From: a bacterium
GTDB lineage: Bacteria; Krumholzibacteriota; Krumholzibacteriia; LZORAL124-64-63
Reading direction: 5' to 3'
Length of the DNA stretch: 64,000 bases
Assembly (NCBI GenBank): GCA_031441465.1
Contig: JANOEP010000011.1
Span: forward strand, 64,001-128,000
Positions 1-9,990 of the stretch are shown piece by piece. Within the stretch, counting starts at the first letter, position 1. The number at the start of each line of letters is the position of its first letter. The position numbers were made by a program, and so were the translations under genes. The notes beneath the pieces are model-generated. The model did no database searches, was not told where the DNA came from, and saw only the letters and a list, made by a program, of their open reading frames with translations.

Positions 1-238
1 CCATCACCGTCGGGATGCCGCGGATGCCGTACTTCGTCGCCAGGTCCTGGTTGTCGTCCACGTTGATCTTCACGACCTTCGCCTTGCCGTCGTAGTCGCG
101 GGCCAGTTCCTCGATGGTCGGGGTCAGCAGTTTGCAGGGGCCGCACCACGGGGCCCAGAAGTCCACCATCACGGGCAGGGCGCTGTCGAGCACTTCGCCT
201 TGGAACGTCCCGCTCTCGACCTTGATCGCTTCGCTCAC
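1..238 (-). CDS. trxA: Thioredoxin (3' end truncated by window edge)
   Basis: Manual translation from GTG at 238 with GAGGTG RBS gives MSEAIKVESGTFQGEVLDSALPVMVDFWAPWCGPCK...YGIRGIPT, containing the WCGPC active site. Not in the ORF track. Confidence 0.95.
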   Translation of the reverse strand, partial: MSEAIKVESGTFQGEVLDSALPVMVDFWAPWCGPCKLLTPTIEELARDYDGKAKVVKINVDDNQDLATKYGIRGIPTVM

Positions 239-292
239 GTCGTCACCTCGTTGCCGGTGGTTGATTCCGTTCAGAGAACATCAGCAATGAAA

Positions 293-308
293 GGCACGAT
301 ACGTGCCA
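293..308. promoter_or_regulatory. Sigma54 -24/-12 promoter, palindromic (GG-N10-GC on both strands)
   Basis: Minus strand reads TGGCACGTATCGTGC about 55 nt upstream of trxA; plus strand reads AGGCACGATACGTGC. Lies next to a sigma54 activator gene. Confidence 0.7.
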
Positions 309-392
309 ATGCCGACAGCTTGTTGAATGTTTACAAGCCATAATCAACAAACAGGTTAGCCTGGATAGCGGCACAATGTGTAGGCGTTGCTA

Positions 393-438
393 CGTTGCAT
401 GCAACGGTATTGATGCAACAATACCGTTGCGTGCAACG
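393..438. promoter_or_regulatory. Nested inverted repeat, putative enhancer (bEBP binding sites)
   Basis: CGTTGCATGCAACGGTATTG-atgcaa-CAATACCGTTGCGTGCAACG has 19/20 matching arms, each containing a CGTTGC-N2-GCAACG palindrome. Confidence 0.6.
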
Positions 439-474
439 CTGCTGGGGGGCATCTTGGAAGGCAGGGGAGGAACC

Positions 475-1839
475 ATGGACAGACTCGACGCCCTGTGCCG
501 ATTCCGACCGTTGAGCGTGGCCGACATCCTCGACGCCTTGGCCGAAGGGGTCGTCGCCGTCGACGAGAACCTGCGTGTGCTGGGCATGAACGCCAGGGCT
601 CGGGCCTTGTTCGAGACGCCGGCGGACGGGCTCGGCGGCGCCTCGGTGTGTGAGCTGTTCGGAGAGGGAACCTGCCCGCTGGCGTGCCTGCGGGAAACGT
701 TGACCACCGGCCGGCCCATCCGCGACTACCAGACACGGGTGAGGCTGGCGGGCGGCCGTCTCGGCGAGGTGCAGATCAGCACGATCCCGCTGGCGAGCGA
801 GTCGGGCGTGGTGCACGGCGCGGCGATCATCATCAGCGACGTGACCGAGGTGACGATCCTGCGCAAGGAGGTCGACGCCCGGCACCGCCACGGCGCCATC
901 ATCGGTCGCGACCGGCGCATGCTCGACCTGTACCGGCTGATCGAGGATGTCGGGCCGAGCCAGGCCACGGTCCTGATCCGCGGCGAGAGCGGCACCGGCA
1001 AGGAACTGGTGGCGCAGGCCGTCCACTACGCGTCCCATCGCGCCGACGGCCCGTTCGTGATGGTCAACTGCGCCGCTCTTTCCGAGGGGCTGCTCGAGAG
1101 CGAGTTGTTCGGCCACGTGCGCGGCGCCTTCACGGGTGCGATCGCGACGCGGCGGGGCCGCTTCGAGGAGGCGCGCGGCGGCACGCTGTTCCTGGACGAG
1201 ATCGGCGACGTCAGCCCGGTGGTGCAGGTCAAACTGCTGCGCGTGCTCCAGGAGCGCGTCATCGAGCGCGTCGGCGACAACACGCCCGTGCCGGTGGACG
1301 TGCGCATTGTCTCGGCCACGAACCGGGATCTGGAAGACCTGGTCGCGCGCGGGCGGTTGCGCGAGGACTTCTATTACCGCATCAAGGTCGTGGTCCTGGA
1401 CATCCCGCCCCTGCGCGAGCGCCGCGAGGACATCCCGCTGCTGGTCGATCACTTCCTGGCACGCAACCCGCAGGCCTCGCGCGGCGTCTCTACCGAAGCG
1501 CTGCGGGTGCTGATGGCCCATGCCTGGCCCGGGAACGTCCGCGAGCTGGAGAACTCGCTCGAACACGCCTTCGTCCTGTGCCGCGGCGGGATCATCGAAC
1601 CCGCGCACCTGCCGCCGGAAGTGGCGGCGGGAGCGGCGGGCGGGCGCGTCCAGGCCGGGCTGCGCGGCCTGCCCCGCCACGGCGACACCGAGCGCGACGC
1701 GGTGCTGGCGGCGCTGGTGCGCCACGGCTGGCACCGCGTCCGCACCGCCCGCAGCCTGGGGGTTGACAGGACCACGCTGTGGCGCAAGATCCGCGAGTAC
1801 GGCCTGACGCCGCCGGATGCCGGCGCCGTCGGAAACTGA
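475..1839 (+). CDS. Sigma54-dependent transcriptional activator (PAS-AAA+-Fis HTH)
   Basis: GESGTGKE Walker A, GAFTGA loop, [18 protein letters not shown]-terminal HTH, N-terminal PAS-like region. ATG at 475 follows a GGGGAGG RBS. Confidence 0.95.
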   Translation: MDRLDALCRFRPLSVADILDALAEGVVAVDENLRVLGMNARARALFETPADGLGGASVCELFGEGTCPLACLRETLTTGRPIRDYQTRVRLAGGRLGEVQISTIPLASESGVVHGAAIIISDVTEVTILRKEVDARHRHGAIIGRDRRMLDLYRLIEDVGPSQATVLIRGESGTGKELVAQAVHYASHRADGPFVMVNCAALSEGLLESELFGHVRGAFTGAIATRRGRFEEARGGTLFLDEIGDVSPVVQVKLLRVLQERVIERVGDNTPVPVDVRIVSATNRDLEDLVARGRLREDFYYRIKVVVLDIPPLRERREDIPLLVDHFLARNPQASRGVSTEALRVLMAHAWPGNVRELENSLEHAFVLCRGGIIEPAHLPPEVAAGAAGGRVQAGLRGLPRHGDTERDAVLAALVRHGWHRVRTARSLGVDRTTLWRKIREYGLTPPDAGAVGN

Positions 1840-1853
1840 TCCGAGGGGGGAAC

Positions 1854-2726
1854 ATGGCGGGCAAGAACAACTGGCTGCTGGGCTGCGGGATCGGCTGCCT
1901 CGCGGTGATCGTGATCTCGGTCCTGGGCGGCGTCCTGCTGTTCAACACCGGCAAGAAGGTCGTGGCGCGCTTCGAGGAGCTGGGCGACACCCAGCGCGCG
2001 CTCGCCGACCGCTTCGGCGCAGTCGCGGATTACGTCCCGCCCGCCGCCGGCGCCCTGCCGGCCGAGCGGGTCGAGATCTTCCTGCGCGTCCAGGAGACGC
2101 TCCACGAGACGGGCCAACAACTCGTCGGCCACGGCCGAGCCCTCCAAGAACTCGAACACCAGAAGGGCAAGGGCATCGGCCCGGCCAGCATCCTGCGCGG
2201 GATCCGCGGCGTGGTGGGCATCGGCCGCTACGCCGCCGAGTACCTGCAGGAGCGCAACGAGGCTCTGTTGGCGGCGGGGATGGGCCTGGGCGAGTATTCC
2301 TACCTGTATGTCCTGGGTTACCACAGTTGGCTCGGCCGCGAGTTCGATCCCACGTTCGGCGAACCCTCCACGCGGGTCGATGCCGACCACGGGGCGCGGA
2401 TCGAGATCGGCGACCGTGACGACGAGCGCCGTTCCGAGCGCCTGCAGGGTTTGTTCCGCAACTGGTCGACGAACCAGCACCAGGCCGCGGTCGCGGCCGG
2501 CCTCGACGCTGCATGGTGCGAGCGCCTGGCCGCCGAGGCCCTCGCCGCGGCGTCGGCCGACAGCCTGCGCCTGCCCTGGACCGGCGGCTTGCCGGCGCCC
2601 ATCACGTCCAGCCTCGACCCGTTCCGGTCGCGCTTCGAAGCGACGTACCAGCCCCTGGATCCCCTGGTGGGGGTGGGGGTCGAGCAGGATCATGACGGGC
2701 AGGGGTACGACTTCAAGATTGAGTGA
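1854..2726 (+). CDS. Hypothetical membrane-anchored protein
   Basis: N-terminal GCGIGC plus hydrophobic helix, GAGGGG RBS, host-like codon usage. Confidence 0.75.
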   Translation: MAGKNNWLLGCGIGCLAVIVISVLGGVLLFNTGKKVVARFEELGDTQRALADRFGAVADYVPPAAGALPAERVEIFLRVQETLHETGQQLVGHGRALQELEHQKGKGIGPASILRGIRGVVGIGRYAAEYLQERNEALLAAGMGLGEYSYLYVLGYHSWLGREFDPTFGEPSTRVDADHGARIEIGDRDDERRSERLQGLFRNWSTNQHQAAVAAGLDAAWCERLAAEALAAASADSLRLPWTGGLPAPITSSLDPFRSRFEATYQPLDPLVGVGVEQDHDGQGYDFKIE

Positions 2727-2757
2727 GCCGACGATCGTCGACGGCCGATCCAGCAGG

Positions 2758-2786
2758 GCGCCCTCTCCCTTTCGGGAAGAGGGCGC
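2758..2786. terminator. Hairpin between convergent genes
   Basis: GCGCCCTCT...AGAGGGCGC stem. Confidence 0.45.
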
Positions 2787-2810
2787 TTGCATGTTCAGCC
2801 CTCGCGTTCA

Positions 2811-2984
2811 TCACTCCCGCTCGTCCGGGGGCGGCGGCGCACGTCCGGTCCGCTTGCGCACCGCCTCGCGCAGCAGGTACTCGATCTGGCCGTTCACGCT
2901 GCGGAATTCCTGGTCGGCCCAACGCCGCAGCTCTTCGTAGAGTTCGGGACTCAGGCGCAGCGGGAAGGACTTGCGATCGGCCAC
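2811..2984 (-). CDS. Arc-like ribbon-helix-helix DNA-binding protein (57 aa)
   Basis: Manual translation [42 protein letters not shown] shows the Arc/RHH pattern. Last gene of the SPFH operon; below the ORF-track cutoff. Confidence 0.85.
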   Translation of the reverse strand: MADRKSFPLRLSPELYEELRRWADQEFRSVNGQIEYLLREAVRKRTGRAPPPPDERE

Positions 2985-2988
2985 GAGG

Positions 2989-3447
2989 TCACGCTCCGCT
3001 TCGCTGCGGGAGGTGTGCGCGCGCCTTCTCGACGGCCTTCAGCAGTTCGTCGGGGTCCGGCGCGCTGATGATGACCGGCAGACCGGAATCCAGCGTTACC
3101 ACGACGCCCCGACGGCCGCTCATCCGGAATTCACCCCTCTGGGGGTGCACTCCGGCCTCCAGATTCGCCAACCACCGGCCCTGGAACGTCGCGCAGCTGC
3201 GGATTCGCGAGATCGGGATCCGGCGCCCGGGGAAGCCGAACAGACAGCGGATCTTCAACTCCTCGTAGGTCACGGTGACGGTCATCACGCCGAAGATCAC
3301 CGGCGTGGCGAGCATGACCGTGTAGACCCACCAGGGGGCGCCTTCCCCGGGATCGCCCAGGCTGAGGACCCCGATGAAGACGAGCATGACGATGCAGATG
3401 CCCAGCATGACCCAGCTGATCTGCCGCGACTGGTAGAGGGGTGTCAC
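2989..3447 (-). CDS. Hypothetical membrane protein (2 TM + bacterial PH-like domain)
   Basis: Two hydrophobic helices followed by a beta-rich domain; sits between the SPFH and Arc genes. Confidence 0.7.
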   Translation of the reverse strand: MTPLYQSRQISWVMLGICIVMLVFIGVLSLGDPGEGAPWWVYTVMLATPVIFGVMTVTVTYEELKIRCLFGFPGRRIPISRIRSCATFQGRWLANLEAGVHPQRGEFRMSGRRGVVVTLDSGLPVIISAPDPDELLKAVEKARAHLPQRSGA

Positions 3448-3456
3448 CGCCGCCTC

Positions 3457-4332
3457 CTACTGGTAGAGGGTCCCGGTGTTGATCACGGGCTGGGTCGCGT
3501 GGTTGCTGCACAGCACGACCAGGAGGTTCGAGACCATGGCCGCCTTGCGCTCATCGTCCAGCTCGATGATGGATTTCGAGCTGAGTTCCTGCAGGGCGCG
3601 CTCGACCATGCCGACGGCGCCCTCGACGATCAACTGGCGCGCCGCGACTACGGCGCTGGCCTGCTGGCGCTGCAGCATGGCGCCGGCGATCTCGGAGGCG
3701 TACGCCAGGTGGCTCAGCCGCGCTTCGATGACCTCGACGCCGGCCCGGGACAGACGCTCGTGCAGTTCCTTTTCGAGTCGGTGGTTGATCTCCTCGGTGG
3801 TGCCGCGCAGGGTCAGTTCGTTCTCGCCGCCGTCGTAGGGGAAGGCGCTCGCGAGGTGGCGCAGCGCGGCCTCGCTCTGCGTGTGGATGTAGTCCTCGTA
3901 GTGGTCGACCTCGAACAGGGCGCCGGTCGTGTCGACCACGCGCCAGACGACCACCGCGGCGATCTCGATCGGGTTGCCCGTGAGGTCGTTGACCTTGATC
4001 CTCTCGCCGTTGAGGTTGCGCGCCCGCAGCGAGATCTTGATCTTCGTGTAGAAGGGGTTGGCCCAGCAGAAACCGTTCTGCTTCACCGTGCCGCGGTAGT
4101 CGCCGAACAGCAGGACCACGGCCGCCTCGTTCGGATTCACCACGAACAGCCCCGCCAGCAGGAAGATGCTCACGACCATGGCCGAGAGCGCCGTGATCAG
4201 CATCCAGATCACATGGCTGGTGATCGCGTTGACGAACAGCCAGATCGACCCGCCCAGCAAGAGCAGCAGGAAGGGCAGGAAGAACAGGCCCGAAGCGACC
4301 TTCAGCGTCTTCTCGGTGTGCATCGGTGGCAT
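3457..4332 (-). CDS. SPFH/band 7 domain protein
   Basis: [61 protein letters not shown]. Confidence 0.92.
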   Translation of the reverse strand: MPPMHTEKTLKVASGLFFLPFLLLLLGGSIWLFVNAITSHVIWMLITALSAMVVSIFLLAGLFVVNPNEAAVVLLFGDYRGTVKQNGFCWANPFYTKIKISLRARNLNGERIKVNDLTGNPIEIAAVVVWRVVDTTGALFEVDHYEDYIHTQSEAALRHLASAFPYDGGENELTLRGTTEEINHRLEKELHERLSRAGVEVIEARLSHLAYASEIAGAMLQRQQASAVVAARQLIVEGAVGMVERALQELSSKSIIELDDERKAAMVSNLLVVLCSNHATQPVINTGTLYQ

Positions 4333-4368
4333 CCTCCGCGTTGGGGCCCCGGCGGGGCCTCGGTTGAG

Positions 4369-4399
4369 TGATGTAGAAATGATATCATAAAGAGATCAT
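4369..4399. promoter_or_regulatory. Putative RHH operator upstream of the SPFH operon
   Basis: ATGATATCAT palindrome (4379-4388) flanked by degenerate copies at 11-bp spacing. Confidence 0.45.
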
Positions 4400-4477
4400 A
4401 CGCGCAAACCGATTCCATGTTGCACCATCAAACGCCGGCCAGGTCGCAACCCCCGCCCCGAGTCAGGTACCGGTGTC

Positions 4478-4618
4478 CCGGATCTGCACATCCTGCGGTA
4501 TCGGGGGCGTCTGAAGGCCTCCGGCGCCAGGAGGGCGCCGGAGGCCGGAAGTCGAGCGGGCCGGGCACAGGATGTTCCCGGCCCGCGTCCCCCGCTACGG
4601 CAGGATGTGCAGATCTGG
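4478..4618. repeat. Structured intergenic element: ~30-bp imperfect terminal inverted repeat enclosing two hairpins
   Basis: Arms 4478-4507 and 4589-4618; inner hairpins 4516-4546 and 4556-4586. Confidence 0.65.
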
Positions 4619-4623
4619 AACTC

Positions 4624-5898
<1,275 letters not shown>

Positions 5899-5999
5899 GC
5901 AGGGGTCTCCTTAGTGGGCGTCGTCCGGGTGGCGGGGGGGGGACCGGGATCGGTGCCAGGAGACAAAGTAGGCCCCTTGTGGGGGGCGGGCAAGTTCCT

Positions 6000-7325
6000 T
6001 CAGAGAGCGATGATTTCTTGGATATCCGCCTGATCGCCTCCGAATACGATGCCGATCTCCCTCAGCAGGGGGAACGGCGGATCGCCGCCGGCGAAGATGA
6101 AGACGAAATCGTTCGGCAGGATGGCGGGACCGGTCGTCGTGGTCAGCGCCACGGTGTCGGCCTGGATCGCGGTCAGCTGCGAGTCGCCCAGGAAGCGCAC
6201 GGCTCCGGAGGCGATCAGGGCCTCGACCTTGTCCGCGTTGCGTTTCTTGATGCGCAGCAGACGGGGCTTGCGGTAGGAAAGCGTCACTTCGATGTCCGGC
6301 TGGCTGGCCAGGGCGACCGCGGCTTCGACGGCGCTGTCGCCCCCGCCGACGACCAGCACCCGGTTACCCCGGTACAGCGAGGCGTCGATGAGGCGGTAGG
6401 CCACCTTCGCGGCGTCTTCGCCGGCGATGCCGAGCTTGCGCGGCGTGCCACGGCGGCCCAGGGCGAGCACCACGTTCCGGGCGCGATGGTCGCCGGCCGT
6501 CGTGTGGACTTTCAGGTCGCCGTGGCTGCCCGTGATGCTCAGCAGGCGCTCGTCGGTGTGGATCTTCAGGTCGTGCTCCGTGTGCAGGCGCAGCCAGATA
6601 TCCAGCAGGTCCTCCTTGCTGTACTCCTTCTGCAGCAACGGGCCGTACAGGGGGATCACGACCGGCTGGACCAGCACCAGCTTGCGACGGGGGTATTGCA
6701 GGATGGTGCCGCCCGGTCCCTGTTGGTCCAGCACCAGGCAGCGCAGGCCGTGCTGGCGCGCCGTCAGCGCCGCGCTCAGGCCGCCGGGTCCCGCGCCCAC
6801 GACGATCGCGTCCCAGCACGCGTCGCCGGCAGGGAAGGGGCCGCGGGCGACGATCGCCTCCATGGCGCGGCGTCCCTGGTCCACGGCGTTGCTCACCAGA
6901 GCGAACCCGCCCAACTCGCCGGCGACGAAGATCCCCGGCCGGCTGGTCTCGAGTTCCGGGCTGAGCACGGGGATGTCGTCGCGGGTCGTGATGTCTCCCA
7001 GACCGACCTTCAGCGCGCCGACGGGGCAGGCTTCGGCGCAGCGGCCGTGGCCGATGCACCGGGCGCCGTTGGTGATCACGGCCTTGCCGCCGACGATGCC
7101 GAGCACGTCGCCTTCCGGGCAGGCCGCCACGCAGGAGCCGCAGCCGATGCAGGCGTTGGCGTCGATGAGCGGGTACTGGCCGACGGGCCGGTTCATGCCG
7201 AGCGCCACGGTCTCGTCCCGCCGGGCGGCGTCCCGGATCCGGGTGGCGCGGAAGCGCAGGAAGTAGGGAACGAACAGGCCGGCGCCCAGCAGGAGGGCAC
7301 AGCCCCAGATCAGCAACGATTCCAT
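6000..7325 (-). CDS. Membrane-anchored 2x[4Fe-4S] ferredoxin fused to a TrxB/YpdA-like FAD/NAD(P)H oxidoreductase
   Basis: Start MESLLIWGC with a TM helix; CIGCGSCVAACP and CIGHGRCAEACP; GAGPGG (FAD) and VGGGDSAVE (NAD(P)H). Confidence 0.85.
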   Translation of the reverse strand: MESLLIWGCALLLGAGLFVPYFLRFRATRIRDAARRDETVALGMNRPVGQYPLIDANACIGCGSCVAACPEGDVLGIVGGKAVITNGARCIGHGRCAEACPVGALKVGLGDITTRDDIPVLSPELETSRPGIFVAGELGGFALVSNAVDQGRRAMEAIVARGPFPAGDACWDAIVVGAGPGGLSAALTARQHGLRCLVLDQQGPGGTILQYPRRKLVLVQPVVIPLYGPLLQKEYSKEDLLDIWLRLHTEHDLKIHTDERLLSITGSHGDLKVHTTAGDHRARNVVLALGRRGTPRKLGIAGEDAAKVAYRLIDASLYRGNRVLVVGGGDSAVEAAVALASQPDIEVTLSYRKPRLLRIKKRNADKVEALIASGAVRFLGDSQLTAIQADTVALTTTTGPAILPNDFVFIFAGGDPPFPLLREIGIVFGGDQADIQEIIAL

Positions 7326-7342
7326 GTCCCCCCCATGCCGAT

Positions 7343-8965
7343 TCAGAAACGCAGCGAGAGATCGGCGCGCAGACGGTCGGCCTGGAGATCGTCGCCGCCG
7401 TCCCGCTCGTACTCCAGGCCCGCCAGCCAGGCCCGATTCAGGACCTTCCGCGCGCCGATCCTGGCCCAGTGCGAGTTGCGCGTCGCGGCGCCGGTGAGGT
7501 CGTAGTTGTAGAGCCCGGCCGCAAACTGCAGGTCCAGCCCGTCGCGCAGAGCATGATCCAGCCGCAGGGAAGGTGTCAATCCGGACACCCGCGGGCCGTC
7601 GAAGCCCCGCAGGTCCAGGGTCAGGTGGTTGCCGGCTCCCAGGATGCCGGCGCGTCCTACGCCGAAGCCCCAGCTCCAGGTGTCGCCGTCGCGGCCGGCG
7701 CCGCCGCGCACGCCGCCGTCGGCGCTCAACGACCAACCGGCGCCTCCGGTCCAGCGCGTCCGCAGTCGCAGGCCCATCCGCTCGGCGTCGCGGAAGAGGC
7801 TGTCGGGGAGCGAACGGTTCGTCCAAGTGCGGTACAGCTCGCGGCGGTCGTGACTCAGCGAGGCGCTCAGGTTCGGCGTGAATCGCGCGGAGAGGCTGGT
7901 GACCGAGTTGCTCAGGGCGAAGCGACGGCCTTCCGTCGCGTACCGCCAGCCCCGGTTGACTTCCAGTTCGGCGCTCTGGTGCAGGCGGAAGGCGCCCGTG
8001 CGGCCGAGGTCGCCGTCCAGCAGGAGGTACTCGCGGCTGGCTTCGCTGCCGTGGTACTCCCCGACCGCGGCCAGGACGAGATTCCAGGACCGGTCGGCGC
8101 CGTCGTCGTCGGTCCAGGCCAGGAAACCGCCACCCTTGCGCTCGTCGCTGCTCGGCTCGCTGGTGCGCGGGTCGGGCGTGAAGCCCGCGAAGGCGCCGAC
8201 CCGCGTGCCGGCGGCCAGGCGCCGGCTGGCCAGGACCCCGTCGAGCTGGCCGAAACCGCTGACGGCCCGGCTGGTGATCCTGCCCAGGCTGTAGTGCCAG
8301 TCGTCGGCTGGAAGCTCGTGCGAAAGGGTGAAGAGGTAGACGCGGTTGCGCCACTCGTTCTCGGCGGCGGACGAGTAGCCGGCGGCGCGGCGGTTCTGGC
8401 GCAGGGTGCCCCGCACCTGCAGTTCGTGGCCGCCGGCGAACGGTTCGCGAGACCGCAGGTCGAAGCGCAGCGCCGGCTGGGTCAAGTCGAGGTCGGCCTC
8501 GCTGCGGTCGTTGCTGTGCAGCCACTGCAGGGCGAGTCGGCCGCGCAGGAAGAAAGGCTGCCGCGGCGCCGTCGCCGCCGGTCGCGGCACGGGCGCGATC
8601 GACCCGGCGCCGGCGGCGGGCTCCGTGACGGCCTCGGTGTCGGCCGGCGCGGGCGCGGGGCCTTGCCGGATCACGGTGGCCGTGTCGCCGGGTTGGACGT
8701 CCGCCGGCGCACCCGTGATCCGGCAAGAGGCCGAATGCTCGGCCAGGTGCTCGAGCGTGATCTCGGTGACGGGCGCGTCGCGGCGCAGGATCTGCAACAC
8801 GTCGCCCGCGCGCAGGCCGTCGGCGCGGCCGGCGTCGAGGTAGACCTGATCGGCGGACACGTAGCTGACCTTGGCGCGCGGCAGGTCGTCCGCCCGCGCC
8901 GCCGGGGACGCGAGACCGAGGATCAAGATCCCGGCCAGCAACCAAGGGTGCTGTCGCTGTGTCAT
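7343..8965 (-). CDS. Putative outer-membrane beta-barrel protein
   Basis: Signal peptide (SPAARA), small N-terminal domain, Pro/Ala linker, then alternating amphipathic beta strands ending ADLSLRF (terminal Phe beta-signal). Confidence 0.75.
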   Translation of the reverse strand: MTQRQHPWLLAGILILGLASPAARADDLPRAKVSYVSADQVYLDAGRADGLRAGDVLQILRRDAPVTEITLEHLAEHSASCRITGAPADVQPGDTATVIRQGPAPAPADTEAVTEPAAGAGSIAPVPRPAATAPRQPFFLRGRLALQWLHSNDRSEADLDLTQPALRFDLRSREPFAGGHELQVRGTLRQNRRAAGYSSAAENEWRNRVYLFTLSHELPADDWHYSLGRITSRAVSGFGQLDGVLASRRLAAGTRVGAFAGFTPDPRTSEPSSDERKGGGFLAWTDDDGADRSWNLVLAAVGEYHGSEASREYLLLDGDLGRTGAFRLHQSAELEVNRGWRYATEGRRFALSNSVTSLSARFTPNLSASLSHDRRELYRTWTNRSLPDSLFRDAERMGLRLRTRWTGGAGWSLSADGGVRGGAGRDGDTWSWGFGVGRAGILGAGNHLTLDLRGFDGPRVSGLTPSLRLDHALRDGLDLQFAAGLYNYDLTGAATRNSHWARIGARKVLNRAWLAGLEYERDGGDDLQADRLRADLSLRF

Positions 8966-9990
8966 CAGTTACCTCGGGGGTGGCACTGGAAGCAGGCGGC
9001 GCTCTGGTAGGCGTAGCCGTTCTCGCCCTGGTGTCGCTGGTCCGTTTCCGTGCGGTTGTGCTCGTGGCAGAAGATGCACTCGAACACGGCATAGTTCGTC
9101 GGCGTCACGTGGCAGTCGACGCAGGCGTTCCACTCGTTGTTGTGCCGGCCCGAGTAGATCGGGAACAGCGTGTCGTGGTTCCAGTTCGACGGCTGCCAGA
9201 CCGAGGTCGTGTGGCAGGAGGCGCACTGGGTGTTGAAGCCGGCGGCGACGTGGCCGGGATCGTTGGCCGCCTCGTAGTCGGGGCGGTGGCAGGCGTAGCA
9301 GTCGGTCGGCGTGCCCGTGTAGCCCGCGGTGTGGCAGGAGGCGCAGGTCGCAGCGGCGTGGGCGCCGGTCAGCGGGAAGGCCGCCGAGTGGATGAAGGAG
9401 CCGGAGCCCCAATCGCTCGCCGTCATCCCGTGGCAGCTGGAGCAGTCCGTGCTGAAGCCGTTGGCCGCGTGGTCGGGATCGCGCGTCGCTTCGTAGTCGG
9501 TGTCGTGGCAACCGAGGCAGTCGGCGGCGATCGCGGTGTGCTCCTCGCCGGGCGATCCCTGGTGGCAGGCGTCGCAGTCCGCGACGGCGTGGGCGCCGAG
9601 CAGGGGGAAGCCGGTGGCGGGGTGGCGGTTGCGGCTCGCGTCGCGGACGTCCCAGCCGGAGGTGTCGTGGCAGTCTTCGCAGTTCGTGCCGAAGCGCCGG
9701 CGGTGCACGTCGAGGTGGCAGTCGGCGCAGGCCGACGCGACCCGGCGGAACTGCAGGTCCTGATGGCACCCGGAGCAGACGGCCTGGGCGTGCCGGCCGG
9801 TCAGGGCGTAGCCGGTCGTCGTGTGGTCGAACGAGGGCGGCGGCCAGGACACGTTCCACGACGAGGCGTCGTGACAGGCCTCGCAGCGCACGTCGATGTC
9901 CCCGTGGGGGCTGAGGTCCGGGGTCTGGGCTGGAGCCCGGACCGCGACGGACAGGAGGAACGACAACGGCAGCAGCCAGCGTCGGGTCAT
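8965..9990 (-). CDS. Multiheme c-type cytochrome, 13 CxxCH
   Basis: Start MTRRWLL with signal peptide; 13 CxxCH motifs counted; overlaps both neighbours (ATGA and TGATG). Confidence 0.92.
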   Translation of the reverse strand: MTRRWLLPLSFLLSVAVRAPAQTPDLSPHGDIDVRCEACHDASSWNVSWPPPSFDHTTTGYALTGRHAQAVCSGCHQDLQFRRVASACADCHLDVHRRRFGTNCEDCHDTSGWDVRDASRNRHPATGFPLLGAHAVADCDACHQGSPGEEHTAIAADCLGCHDTDYEATRDPDHAANGFSTDCSSCHGMTASDWGSGSFIHSAAFPLTGAHAAATCASCHTAGYTGTPTDCYACHRPDYEAANDPGHVAAGFNTQCASCHTTSVWQPSNWNHDTLFPIYSGRHNNEWNACVDCHVTPTNYAVFECIFCHEHNRTETDQRHQGENGYAYQSAACFQCHPRGN

